Source: a virus
Length of the DNA: 64,000 nucleotides
Virus record (IMG/VR): IMGVR_UViG_3300045451_000008
Location: 32,001 to 96,000 of that record
Direction: 5' to 3' (one strand)
A program made the translations under genes and the position numbers. The notes beneath the pieces are model-generated. The model ran no database searches and was not told the origin of the DNA. It was given only the letters and a program-made list of their open reading frames with translations. Shown here one piece after another: positions 50,400 to 58,755 of the stretch (positions are counted from its first letter, which is position 1; each line of letters begins with the position of its first letter).

Positions 50400-50691
50400 G
50401 TACCTTCTGCACCAGGCCCGCAGTGGCGAAGTCCTCGGTGTGTGGTTCGAGAACGATTCGGCCTACGTGCCCACCCTCCAGGGAGACCGTGCTCAGACCT
50501 ACGGTCAGGCAGTCATGGACTCGCGGGGTCCGGCCACGGAGTGGGACGACTACGCCGAGCAGCTCGCCAACAAGTCCCCGGCGCCGAACTACATGTGGGA
50601 CCAGTTCAGCCACTACTCCACAGTCCTCTCAGAAGTTCTCGCTGGCGCACGACAGGCCACCGAGAAGCCTGAAACGGGAGAAGACGAATAG
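50392..50691 (+). CDS. Small protein (candidate immunity/partner)
   Basis: Overlapping start; followed by a terminator. Confidence 0.65.
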   Translation: MAKYLLHQARSGEVLGVWFENDSAYVPTLQGDRAQTYGQAVMDSRGPATEWDDYAEQLANKSPAPNYMWDQFSHYSTVLSEVLAGARQATEKPETGEDE

Positions 50692-50708
50692 CCGCCTATC
50701 GTCACCAT

Positions 50709-50747
50709 GAAGCCCGCCCCTCTATCCACTAGAGAGGCGGGCTTCGC
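50709..50747 (+). terminator. Terminator hairpin
   Basis: GAAGCCCGCC / GGCGGGCTTC. Confidence 0.75.
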
Positions 50748-50777
50748 TCGTTAGAAAGTTGGTTGCTAGTAGTGAGT

Positions 50778-51848
50778 ATGAACGGCCTTGCGATTCTCCC
50801 GACTTCAGGGGAGAGCTTTGTGAAGCTGTCGCGCTCCAAGTCGGGCACGACCTTCAAGAAGCACATCCTGACGAAGGGCGACCTCCTCTACCCCGACGTG
50901 GTCGGTGGCAAGGTCGTGATTGACGACGCGTTCTTCGCGCAGCTCACGGCGAACTTCAACTCCAAGGTCTGCTCTCACGTGCAGATCCCGGTGGCTGGCG
51001 CGAACAATGAGCACACGGAAGACCCTGACCGGAATGTCGGTGAGGTCATCGGGCTCTCTGTCGATGGCGACAAGATGTACGCCATTCTCGACGTCCGCGA
51101 CGAGAAGGCTGCACCCAAGTTCGGCAAGACGTACCTCGGTGCTTCGGCCATGCTGCACCTCAACTACACCGATACTCGCGACGGGAAGAAGAAGGGTCCG
51201 ACCCTCCTCCACGTCGCCGTAACCAACCGGCCCCACATCGTGGACCTGGAGGATTACGAACTGCTCGCGGCATCCGCTGGGGGCAAGGAACAGGCCGTTT
51301 TTCTGACTGCCGCTCGAAAGGAAACTTCCATGGACCTGGATGCCCTCATCGCCGCCCTCAAGGACGAGCACGGGATCGACGTTCCCGCCCTCCAGCTCTC
51401 CGCCGCTGAGGCCGAGGGTGCCGTGAAGCTCTCCAACGGCCTCCGCGACGCGCTGGTCAACAACGGCTTCGTCAAGCTCTCCGCCGACCAGGAGGTGGGC
51501 GCCGACGAGATCCTCGGTGCCGTCGCGGACCTCGCCACCAGCAAGGTCGAGCTGTCCAACCGTCTCGACGTGCTGGAGCGCACCTCGAAGGAGGACGCCG
51601 CCAAGGCGCACGTCGAGGACCTCGTCTCCAAGGGCTTCATCGCCCCGGTCCAGCGGGACGCCATGGTCGAGCTTCGCCTCTCCAACACGGACCTCTTCGA
51701 CAAGCTCATCCCGGAGAAGCCCCTCGTCAAGCTCTCGGGCGGGGAGTCGGGCTTCAACTTCCCGGGTGAGACCCGCGACGAGGCGAACGACGCGGAGATC
51801 GCGCGGCTCTCGAACATGGCCAAGGACCTCGGCATCGTCATCGCCTGA
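50778..51848 (+). CDS. Prohead maturation protease fused to scaffold
   Basis: H(TED)...VGEV, GASA, GPTLLHVAVTNRPHI (Mu gpI-like); helical C-terminal scaffold. Confidence 0.85.
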   Translation: MNGLAILPTSGESFVKLSRSKSGTTFKKHILTKGDLLYPDVVGGKVVIDDAFFAQLTANFNSKVCSHVQIPVAGANNEHTEDPDRNVGEVIGLSVDGDKMYAILDVRDEKAAPKFGKTYLGASAMLHLNYTDTRDGKKKGPTLLHVAVTNRPHIVDLEDYELLAASAGGKEQAVFLTAARKETSMDLDALIAALKDEHGIDVPALQLSAAEAEGAVKLSNGLRDALVNNGFVKLSADQEVGADEILGAVADLATSKVELSNRLDVLERTSKEDAAKAHVEDLVSKGFIAPVQRDAMVELRLSNTDLFDKLIPEKPLVKLSGGESGFNFPGETRDEANDAEIARLSNMAKDLGIVIA

Positions 51849-51896
51849 GCCTCGGCTTCCCAAGACAACATCAGCTAGGTAGAAGGAGACAGAGAA

Positions 51897-52313
51897 ATGG
51901 CCATCGAGTACCCCGGGAACGCGATTCCCAACGCAGGCTTCCGCACCGGCAACCGGGTGGTGGACGACGAGCTTCTCGTCTCGACCAACGGCGGCTTCAC
52001 CCAGAAGGGTGTGACGCTCAAGGCCGGTCAGGGCATCCTGCCGCTGGGCACGATCCTGGCGCGCGAGACCGCCTCGAAGAAGTACGTCAAGTACGCCGCG
52101 ACCGGTGGCGCCGCGGGTGCCAACGTCGCTCGTGGCATCCTCCGCTCCACGGTGGACACCGGCTCCGACGCCGCTGGCCAGGAGTACCTCAACAACATCG
52201 TCATCCGCGGCATCCTGAACCTCACCAAGGTCAAGACCGCGAACTCGGGCGTGGACCTCGCGACCATCCTCGGTGCTCGCACCGACGACGTGTGGAACAC
52301 CTTCACGTTCTAG
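51897..52313 (+). CDS. Head decoration protein (lambda gpD-like)
   Basis: VTLKAGQGILPLGTILA...GIL...VDT; immediately precedes the capsid gene. Confidence 0.82.
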   Translation: MAIEYPGNAIPNAGFRTGNRVVDDELLVSTNGGFTQKGVTLKAGQGILPLGTILARETASKKYVKYAATGGAAGANVARGILRSTVDTGSDAAGQEYLNNIVIRGILNLTKVKTANSGVDLATILGARTDDVWNTFTF

Positions 52314-52492
52314 TACGTCCCTCTACCTTGGGATGCTGAGGGTGCGGTTCTCGCTTAGAAGCAGTGAGAACCAATCCCTGGGTCGCTCAAGGCTCTTAGG
52401 TCAGCCAAGTGAATCCTCTCGAAGGATTGGTGCAGACCGGGCTCACAAGAGTCGCTGATTCCTAGCAGTAGGCAACGATAAGGAGAACTCCG

Positions 52493-53548
52493 GTGCCTGA
52501 CATTCCCCTCCTCCAGCCCCTGGCATTCCGCTCGGTGGTCGAGAAGTTCACCGCCCCGGAGAGCCTGGAGATGCTGTCCCGCATCCCCAAGACTCCGTGG
52601 CCCTTCCCCACCATCCAGTGGGAGATCATCCGCGGTTCGCGTGCCATCGCGCGCCCGAACGTGCCCAACAGCGAGGCGCACATCGTCCCGCGCCTCGGTC
52701 GCGAGACCGTGTCGGGTAGCTTCCTCTACCTGCGCGAGAAGAAGGTCTTCCAGCCGACGACCCTCTACTGGATCCGCCAGGCTGCCAGCAACGTGGGCGA
52801 CCTGACCATCCAGAACCGCGCCGAGCAGATGATCCTGCGCGAGGTCAACGACCTCAACGTCCGGTTCGACAACTTCGCGGAGTACTCCATCTGGCAGGCC
52901 CTCCAGGGGCGCCTCGTCGTGGACTCCGCGGACGTGCAGGTCGATGTGGACTACAAGTTCCTCAACTCGCACAAGCCGGTCACGGGTACCCCGTGGGCTC
53001 AGGCCACGCCGGAGCAGATCATCGGTGACGTGATCTCCTTCAAGCGCCTCATCCAGAAGGATGGCCGCGTCGCCGCGGTGGATGCCTACACCTCGGAGAA
53101 GGCCATCCAGGACATCTTCAACTCGTTCGCGTTCCGCTCGTCGGGCACCGCGGGCTCCCTCCCCGCCGCGGGTCTCCTGTCGGACCGTGCCAAGGACGAG
53201 TACTACCGCTCCGGTACGCTCCCCGGCTTCATGGGCCTCAACTGGAAGCCGCAGGAGGCCGTCTACGACGCCACCGGCGCGGCCTACACGGCGAACCCGA
53301 CCGACCCCAACCAGGAGGCCAAGTTCCTCCCGGAGAACAAGCTCATCCTCGCGAACCTGACGGACAACCGTCCGTTCGAGATGTTCGTCGGCCCGACCGC
53401 CGACACCGAGAACACCCAGGGCTCGACGGGCAAGTTCGCCAAGAACTGGGAGGAGAAGGACCCGTCCGGCCGGGTTTATCTCCTTGAGTGGAACTTCATC
53501 CCTGCCATCACGGCACCCGAGCAGATCGTCTCCGCGACCATCGGCTAG
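52493..53548 (+). CDS. Major capsid protein (lambda gpE-like)
   Basis: AAGGAG RBS; EYSIWQALQG, VDYK, WEEKDPSG...IP; gene order. Confidence 0.9.
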   Translation: MPDIPLLQPLAFRSVVEKFTAPESLEMLSRIPKTPWPFPTIQWEIIRGSRAIARPNVPNSEAHIVPRLGRETVSGSFLYLREKKVFQPTTLYWIRQAASNVGDLTIQNRAEQMILREVNDLNVRFDNFAEYSIWQALQGRLVVDSADVQVDVDYKFLNSHKPVTGTPWAQATPEQIIGDVISFKRLIQKDGRVAAVDAYTSEKAIQDIFNSFAFRSSGTAGSLPAAGLLSDRAKDEYYRSGTLPGFMGLNWKPQEAVYDATGAAYTANPTDPNQEAKFLPENKLILANLTDNRPFEMFVGPTADTENTQGSTGKFAKNWEEKDPSGRVYLLEWNFIPAITAPEQIVSATIG

Positions 53549-53564
53549 GTTCCACACCTCCACT

Positions 53565-53602
53565 GAAGAGGCCACGATTCGCAGTTGGATCGTGGCCTCT
53601 TC
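53565..53602 (+). terminator. Terminator hairpin after the capsid gene
   Basis: GAAGAGGCCACGATTC / GGATCGTGGCCTCTTC. Confidence 0.8.
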
Positions 53603-53616
53603 GGCGTAGTACAGGT

Positions 53617-54045
53617 ATGAAAACCTGCACCAAGTGTTTGATTCCCAAGGAACCCACCGAGTTCTACCCCACTACTGGCGGGCGCAGCAGAACGCTAAGG
53701 CTGATGGCCCAGTGCAAGGAATGCACCAAGGCTCTGACGTCAGCTAGGCAGAAGACCGAGCAAGGCAAGGTCAACGCTCGCCGCGCCAAGCTCCGCCACC
53801 TCTACAACATCTCTTTGGAGCAGTACGACGAGATGTTGGAAGCGCAGGGAGGGTGCTGCAAGCTCTGTGGAATCGACACTCCTGCCCCTCGACAGAACTT
53901 CTCGGTGGACCATGACCACACGTGCTGCCCGGGTGGAACTAGGAGCTGTGGCAAGTGCGTGCGAGGACTTCTCTGCCTTCGGTGCAACAACGCCCTGGGT
54001 TGGTTCGAGACGCACAAGAAGGCGGTCACGGAGTACACGCTGTAA
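53617..54045 (+). CDS. Endonuclease VII-family (homing-type) endonuclease
   Basis: CTKC...CKEC; YNISLEQYDEMLEAQGGCCKLC; VDHDH...VRGLLCLRCNNALG. Confidence 0.92.
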   Translation: MKTCTKCLIPKEPTEFYPTTGGRSRTLRLMAQCKECTKALTSARQKTEQGKVNARRAKLRHLYNISLEQYDEMLEAQGGCCKLCGIDTPAPRQNFSVDHDHTCCPGGTRSCGKCVRGLLCLRCNNALGWFETHKKAVTEYTL

Positions 54046-54098
54046 CCTAGACCTTGGCTTCATCTCTGGGTCACACAGGTACAAGATTGGAATGCACC

Positions 54099-54800
54099 AT
54101 GGCTGACGACTTCACTCAGGATCTCGATTCCCTCCTGGACAACTCCCCCGCTCCTGCCGCGCCGGTCAAGCGTGGCCCGGGGCGTCCGCCCAAGTCACGC
54201 GAGACCAACCCCACCGAGCCGGTTCCGGTCCCGACCATCGAGGCGGCTCAGGCGGAGGCGGACAAGCGCTACACGTCTCCCCCCACCACGCCGGACGGTC
54301 AGGTCGTGGAGGTCGAGGACCCGGAGGACGCTCGTCTGCGCCAGCTCCAGGAGGCTCTCTCGCTCGCTCCGGTGACCTCCCCCGCCGTCCGCCCCGTGCC
54401 GGTGGAGCAGCTCACCCCCAAGCAGCGTCAGATCCGGGAGATGGAGGACCAGCTCGCCGCTCGGACCTCCAACGCTCTCGCCAGCGCCGAGCCGGTCTAC
54501 GACACCGCGGACGGTGAGAACAAGATTCTCATCCACTTCCTCGCGGACGGCTTCACCGCTCAGGGTCAGACCTGGCTCACCGGCCAGGAGATCGAGTTCG
54601 TCGTGGGCTCGGTGGCCTACGAGCAGACCAAGGACCGCTTCGGCAACTCCTGGCTCGACGCCGCCGACGACGAGGGTGAGCAGTACCGCAAGTACGGCAA
54701 GGTCATGTTCCGCCGCGGCCCGTGGCGTGGCGCCCGCTACGACGACATCATCGCGACCGAGGACCAGCGCCGCGGGCGCGCGGCTCCGGTCCTGCGCTAA
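54099..54800 (+). CDS. Pro-rich protein with an AT-hook motif
   Basis: KRGPGRPPK. Confidence 0.75.
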   Translation: MADDFTQDLDSLLDNSPAPAAPVKRGPGRPPKSRETNPTEPVPVPTIEAAQAEADKRYTSPPTTPDGQVVEVEDPEDARLRQLQEALSLAPVTSPAVRPVPVEQLTPKQRQIREMEDQLAARTSNALASAEPVYDTADGENKILIHFLADGFTAQGQTWLTGQEIEFVVGSVAYEQTKDRFGNSWLDAADDEGEQYRKYGKVMFRRGPWRGARYDDIIATEDQRRGRAAPVLR

Positions 54801-54821
54801 CACCCAGAGGAGAGTGGCCTG

Positions 54822-55349
54822 ATGGCCGATTACCCCACCCTTGCCGCCAAGGATGTCGCTGACTACTCAGGCCGTGAAGCAGACACGTACCTGGACTTCA
54901 TCGAGCAGGCGGTCAAGCAGGCCACTCTCCTCTTCAAGATCGGCACGTGCCTGAAGTCCTTCCCGGACGACCCCGGCCATGCCGAGCTGGCGACCTACGG
55001 CATCCTCGCCATGGCCGACGCCATCTACCTCGCACAGCCCTACCAGGCCGTGCTCTCGAACCCGTTCAACAACGAGACCATCGGCTCGTACTCCTACAGC
55101 AAGCTCACGTCGGCCATCTCGAACAGCCTCCCCACGGGGATCACGTTCTTCGACATGGCCCTCCAGCTCCTGGGTCAGTGCGACATCGAGGTCTCGGAGA
55201 TCGAGTCGGGCGGCATCTACATCTTCAACGCGGGCAACGCCGTGCTCGGGACCAACCGGGTCGGCTACTCCGAGTACCTGACTCCGGTCGAGATCCAGAA
55301 TCTTGTTTCGTGGTCCGGTCAGGATCCGGTGGAGGGCTACCGCGCATGA
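54822..55349 (+). CDS. Head-tail connector/adaptor
   Basis: ETIGSYSYSK motif; gene order. Confidence 0.75.
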   Translation: MADYPTLAAKDVADYSGREADTYLDFIEQAVKQATLLFKIGTCLKSFPDDPGHAELATYGILAMADAIYLAQPYQAVLSNPFNNETIGSYSYSKLTSAISNSLPTGITFFDMALQLLGQCDIEVSEIESGGIYIFNAGNAVLGTNRVGYSEYLTPVEIQNLVSWSGQDPVEGYRA

Positions 55350-55804
55350 TGCACCTCTTCGCCTCGAAGGTCCGTGCCGAGGAACTCGTCATTACTCCTC
55401 AGGAGGGCCGGGCGGAGTACTCCTGGAAGAAGGTCGGTCCGTCCTTCATGTGCCGCATCGACCCCAACTTCATCCGCCCTGGCAAGGACGTGCAGGCCGT
55501 TGTGGAGGCAGGACGGGCGCCGGACCGGGTAGCGCTCATGTTCTGTGCTCAGACGGCTCCTGTGGGCGCTGGGCGCCGCATCGTGACCGAAGGCGGACCC
55601 ATCCAGGGCGTCTTCGAGATCCGAGCCATCCCGGACATCGCTGTCGGCTACTCCACGGGCCACCACATCGAGGTCCAGCTCATCGAGACCAACCAGGAGC
55701 TGGACGGCTTCTTCCCCGCCGCTGACGGTCAGCCCTCTGCCGCGGTGCCCCAGAACGCTGACGACGACGGCGTGAGCCCCGAGGACCTCTACGGAGACGT
55801 CTAG
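55346..55804 (+). CDS. Head closure/stopper-like protein
   Basis: C-terminal HHIEV; gene order. Confidence 0.7.
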   Translation: MMHLFASKVRAEELVITPQEGRAEYSWKKVGPSFMCRIDPNFIRPGKDVQAVVEAGRAPDRVALMFCAQTAPVGAGRRIVTEGGPIQGVFEIRAIPDIAVGYSTGHHIEVQLIETNQELDGFFPAADGQPSAAVPQNADDDGVSPEDLYGDV

Positions 55805-56166
55805 TGATCCGGGTCGAGTCCGACTGGTCAGAGGTGGACCGGGAGCTGGACCGAGTCGAGATGCTGCCAGGGCCTGGAGGCACCGCCAAGCTCGACGGTG
55901 TGCTCAAGATGCACGAGACTCTCGTCAAGCTCAGCGTGCACGTGGACACCGGCTCGCTCAAGGCCTCCGTCAAGAGCAAGTCCGAGACCTTCATCGACAA
56001 GTGGATCGGTGAGGTCGAGGCTGGTGGAGTTTCCACAGGTGTGAACAACCCTGTGGACTACGCCATCTACGAGAAGCGCCGCGGAGGCGGTCACGACTTC
56101 TTCGGGAACCTTCACATGATGCAGAGCGTCATGGTCGATGCAATCAAGGAGATCCTGCACCCATGA
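55804..56166 (+). CDS. HK97 gp10-like neck protein
   Basis: VHVDTGSLKAS...VDYAIYE. Confidence 0.78.
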   Translation: MIRVESDWSEVDRELDRVEMLPGPGGTAKLDGVLKMHETLVKLSVHVDTGSLKASVKSKSETFIDKWIGEVEAGGVSTGVNNPVDYAIYEKRRGGGHDFFGNLHMMQSVMVDAIKEILHP

Positions 56167-56708
56167 CCGACATCCTCACGGCATGCCGCCGCATGATGCT
56201 CAGTGACCAGCCGCTCATGACTCTTCTGGGCACTGGTGCTCAGTCCGCTCAGAACACCACCTCGTGGGACCACTGGCTCTTCAACGACACCCCCAAGATC
56301 CGCATCGAGAACACCGAGCAGTCGATGATCGTCCTCACCAATGCGGGTGGCTGGGCTTCTCCCAATCAGCACAACACCATGCGATTCCCTCGCCTGTGCG
56401 TCGATGCCTGGTCGGACCCCACTCGCGCCATTGACGGCTCTCCCAAGCTCGATGACGCCAAGGACAAGATCGAGGCCATCTTCAACGAGGTCAATCGACT
56501 TCTGCATCGGACCAAGAATTCGATTCCCGATCCGGCCAATCCCGGTCAGTCCATGCCGCTGATGTGGGGAACTCCCGCAGAGCTTCTCGCACACACCGGA
56601 CTTCGGCTCAGCGGGTCACAGGCTCTCGACTCGGAACCGGCACTCAGTCCTGTCTCGGGCGGCAATGGTGCTTGGATGGGTCGCAAGTACTTCGGCATCA
56701 CGCTCTAA
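56163..56708 (+). CDS. Tail terminator-like protein
   Basis: Gene order and size. Confidence 0.6.
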   Translation: MTDILTACRRMMLSDQPLMTLLGTGAQSAQNTTSWDHWLFNDTPKIRIENTEQSMIVLTNAGGWASPNQHNTMRFPRLCVDAWSDPTRAIDGSPKLDDAKDKIEAIFNEVNRLLHRTKNSIPDPANPGQSMPLMWGTPAELLAHTGLRLSGSQALDSEPALSPVSGGNGAWMGRKYFGITL

Positions 56709-56741
56709 CTCAAGAACAAGAATTAGGAGGGCTCTGACCCC

Positions 56742-57797
56742 ATGCGCATTCTTCTCCGCTCCCCCTTCAGCCCGTACTCCGGCTACGGCAACGACGGCAT
56801 CGGGATGGCTCAGGCTCTCATCCGGGCTGGCCATGACGTCTTCGTGCAGGGCACCAGTGTCCAGGCGCCGCTGCCCAAGGACGTGGCTGACCTCTTCACC
56901 AAGCCGCTGGAGCCTCCGTTCGATCTCGCCATCATCCACGAGAACCCCAAGGGCCTCTCGATCCCTCCTGAGGTGCGAGCGAACACCACGACCGTCATCG
57001 GTTGGACCATGTGGGAGTACTCCAACATGCGCAACGCGGAGGGTCGCTCCACCTTCCGGGAGAAGTTCAAGGACTTCGACATCCTCTTCGGCTACGACCA
57101 GCCCTCCGTGGACGGCCTGGCAGAGTTCGCAGGAGACGTCCCCACCCGGGTGCTCCAGGGTGGCTTCATGGCGGAGCAGTGGGAGCCCATCGAGCGGGAC
57201 TGGCACGAGGGGCGCTTCGGCTTCTGCATGAACGGGATGCTGGCCGACCGCAAGAATCCCTTCGTCGCCATCCAGGCCTTCGGGGAGCTGAAGGACGAGC
57301 ACCCGGACTTCGAGCTGGCAGAGCTGCACCTGAAGACTCAGACCAACTTCCTGCACCCGCTCCTGGAGGAGCGCTACGACCGACTGCGCATCCACCTCGC
57401 CACGTGGCCCCAGGACGTCCTGAAGGGCTTCTACGGCAAGCAGCACGTCCTCCTCGCCCCGTCGCGCGGAGAGGGTCTCAACGTGCCCGCTCTGGAGTTC
57501 CAGGCCACAGGTGGCGTCGTCATCGGTACGAACTGGGGAGGGCAGTCGCAGTGGCTCCACCCGAGCTACTCCTACCCGCTGAACTACCAGCTCATCGCAC
57601 AGGACCCCAAGTTCCCCACGTCCCTCAACGCCGAAGCCGACATCTCGCACTTGAAGCAGCTCATGCTCCACGCGTTCCGCAACCGCTTCGAGGTCGAGAA
57701 CAAGGGCGCCGTCGCCTCGCAGATCATCCCGAGTTCGCTCTCCTGGGACGCCGTCATGCGTCGCTTCTTCGACAAGATGAAGGACACCCTCAAGTGA
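56742..57797 (+). CDS. GT-B (family 4-like) glycosyltransferase
   Basis: SGYG, TMWE, DRKN, LLAPSRGEGLNVPALEFQATG...TNWGG (EX7E motif). Confidence 0.9.
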   Translation: MRILLRSPFSPYSGYGNDGIGMAQALIRAGHDVFVQGTSVQAPLPKDVADLFTKPLEPPFDLAIIHENPKGLSIPPEVRANTTTVIGWTMWEYSNMRNAEGRSTFREKFKDFDILFGYDQPSVDGLAEFAGDVPTRVLQGGFMAEQWEPIERDWHEGRFGFCMNGMLADRKNPFVAIQAFGELKDEHPDFELAELHLKTQTNFLHPLLEERYDRLRIHLATWPQDVLKGFYGKQHVLLAPSRGEGLNVPALEFQATGGVVIGTNWGGQSQWLHPSYSYPLNYQLIAQDPKFPTSLNAEADISHLKQLMLHAFRNRFEVENKGAVASQIIPSSLSWDAVMRRFFDKMKDTLK

Positions 57798-58027
57798 ACT
57801 CCGTAGACGTGCGCTGTCCGTACAACCACGCGAGGCTCTTCGGAAAGCTCATGCTCTCCGATAATCGGCCTCGTATCGACTCCGAGAGCAATCTCATGGA
57901 GTACGCCTGTGCGGATTGCAAGAAGCACTACGTCCGCAATGGAAGGACTATTCGGCTTGTCCTCCACCGCTACAACTTCCTCGGTGAGTTGATCGAAACG
58001 GTCGATGAAGAGGGCAACCTTCTCTGA
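57794..58027 (+). CDS. Small zinc-ribbon protein (Mu Com-like)
   Basis: VRCP...RLFGK...EYACADC. Confidence 0.6.
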   Translation: MNSVDVRCPYNHARLFGKLMLSDNRPRIDSESNLMEYACADCKKHYVRNGRTIRLVLHRYNFLGELIETVDEEGNLL

Positions 58028-58115
58028 GACCCCTACTGCTTGCTAGTAAGGGGGACAGAAGGTTGCTGCCTAGGCGGCTACGAGTCACCACGGACTTACA
58101 GAAGGAGTAGCTGCC

Positions 58116-58694
58116 ATGGCAAGCACGATCACCGAGGGATTCAGCCTCTCTCACGCCGCGATCCTGAACGGCACCACGGGTGCGGAGGAGGCTGTCGGCG
58201 ACATCTACGGCATCCGCTCCGGCTCGATGGAGCTGGACACGGACTCGTACGACAACACGGGTGACGACAGCATCCTGTCCACGTGGTACTGGTTCAACCG
58301 GGCCACCCTGACCATCCAGTCGGGCTACGTGCCGTTCGAGACCATCGCGCTCCTCTCGGGCTCGAAGGTGACCAGCTCGGGGGCCGCCCCGAACGACGTC
58401 ATCTCGATGCCGCTGTGGGAGACCCGTCAGAACAACACGACCCCGCGCCCGGTGCTCGTGCGCGTCCCGGCCAAGGACCACAACGGCGTCCTGCGCACGC
58501 TGGACTTCGTCCTCTTCAAGGTCCAGTTCCAGCCGTTCTCGTTCGACGGCCCTTCCTACAAGGAAGGCCTCCTCCTGAACTACACGGGCACCGCGCTCAG
58601 CTCGGCCACGGACGAGAAGGGCCAGCCGGTCCTCGACTCCCAGACGGGCCAGCCGACCAAGGCCATCGGTCGCATGCTCTCGCGACCGGCCTGA
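58116..58694 (+). CDS. Major tail (tube) protein
   Basis: AAGGAG RBS, strong codon bias, located upstream of chaperones and tape measure. Confidence 0.85.
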   Translation: MASTITEGFSLSHAAILNGTTGAEEAVGDIYGIRSGSMELDTDSYDNTGDDSILSTWYWFNRATLTIQSGYVPFETIALLSGSKVTSSGAAPNDVISMPLWETRQNNTTPRPVLVRVPAKDHNGVLRTLDFVLFKVQFQPFSFDGPSYKEGLLLNYTGTALSSATDEKGQPVLDSQTGQPTKAIGRMLSRPA

Positions 58695-58755
58695 GCCGAG
58701 CAGGTAAGCTGAGCAATCAGCAAGCCCCTGTCATCTAGTCAAGGAGACGAGTCGC

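Noticed and set aside
53617-54045. EndoVII gene as an intron-encoded element interrupting the capsid gene
   Set aside because: The capsid ORF ends normally and is followed by a terminator; the endonuclease is free-standing
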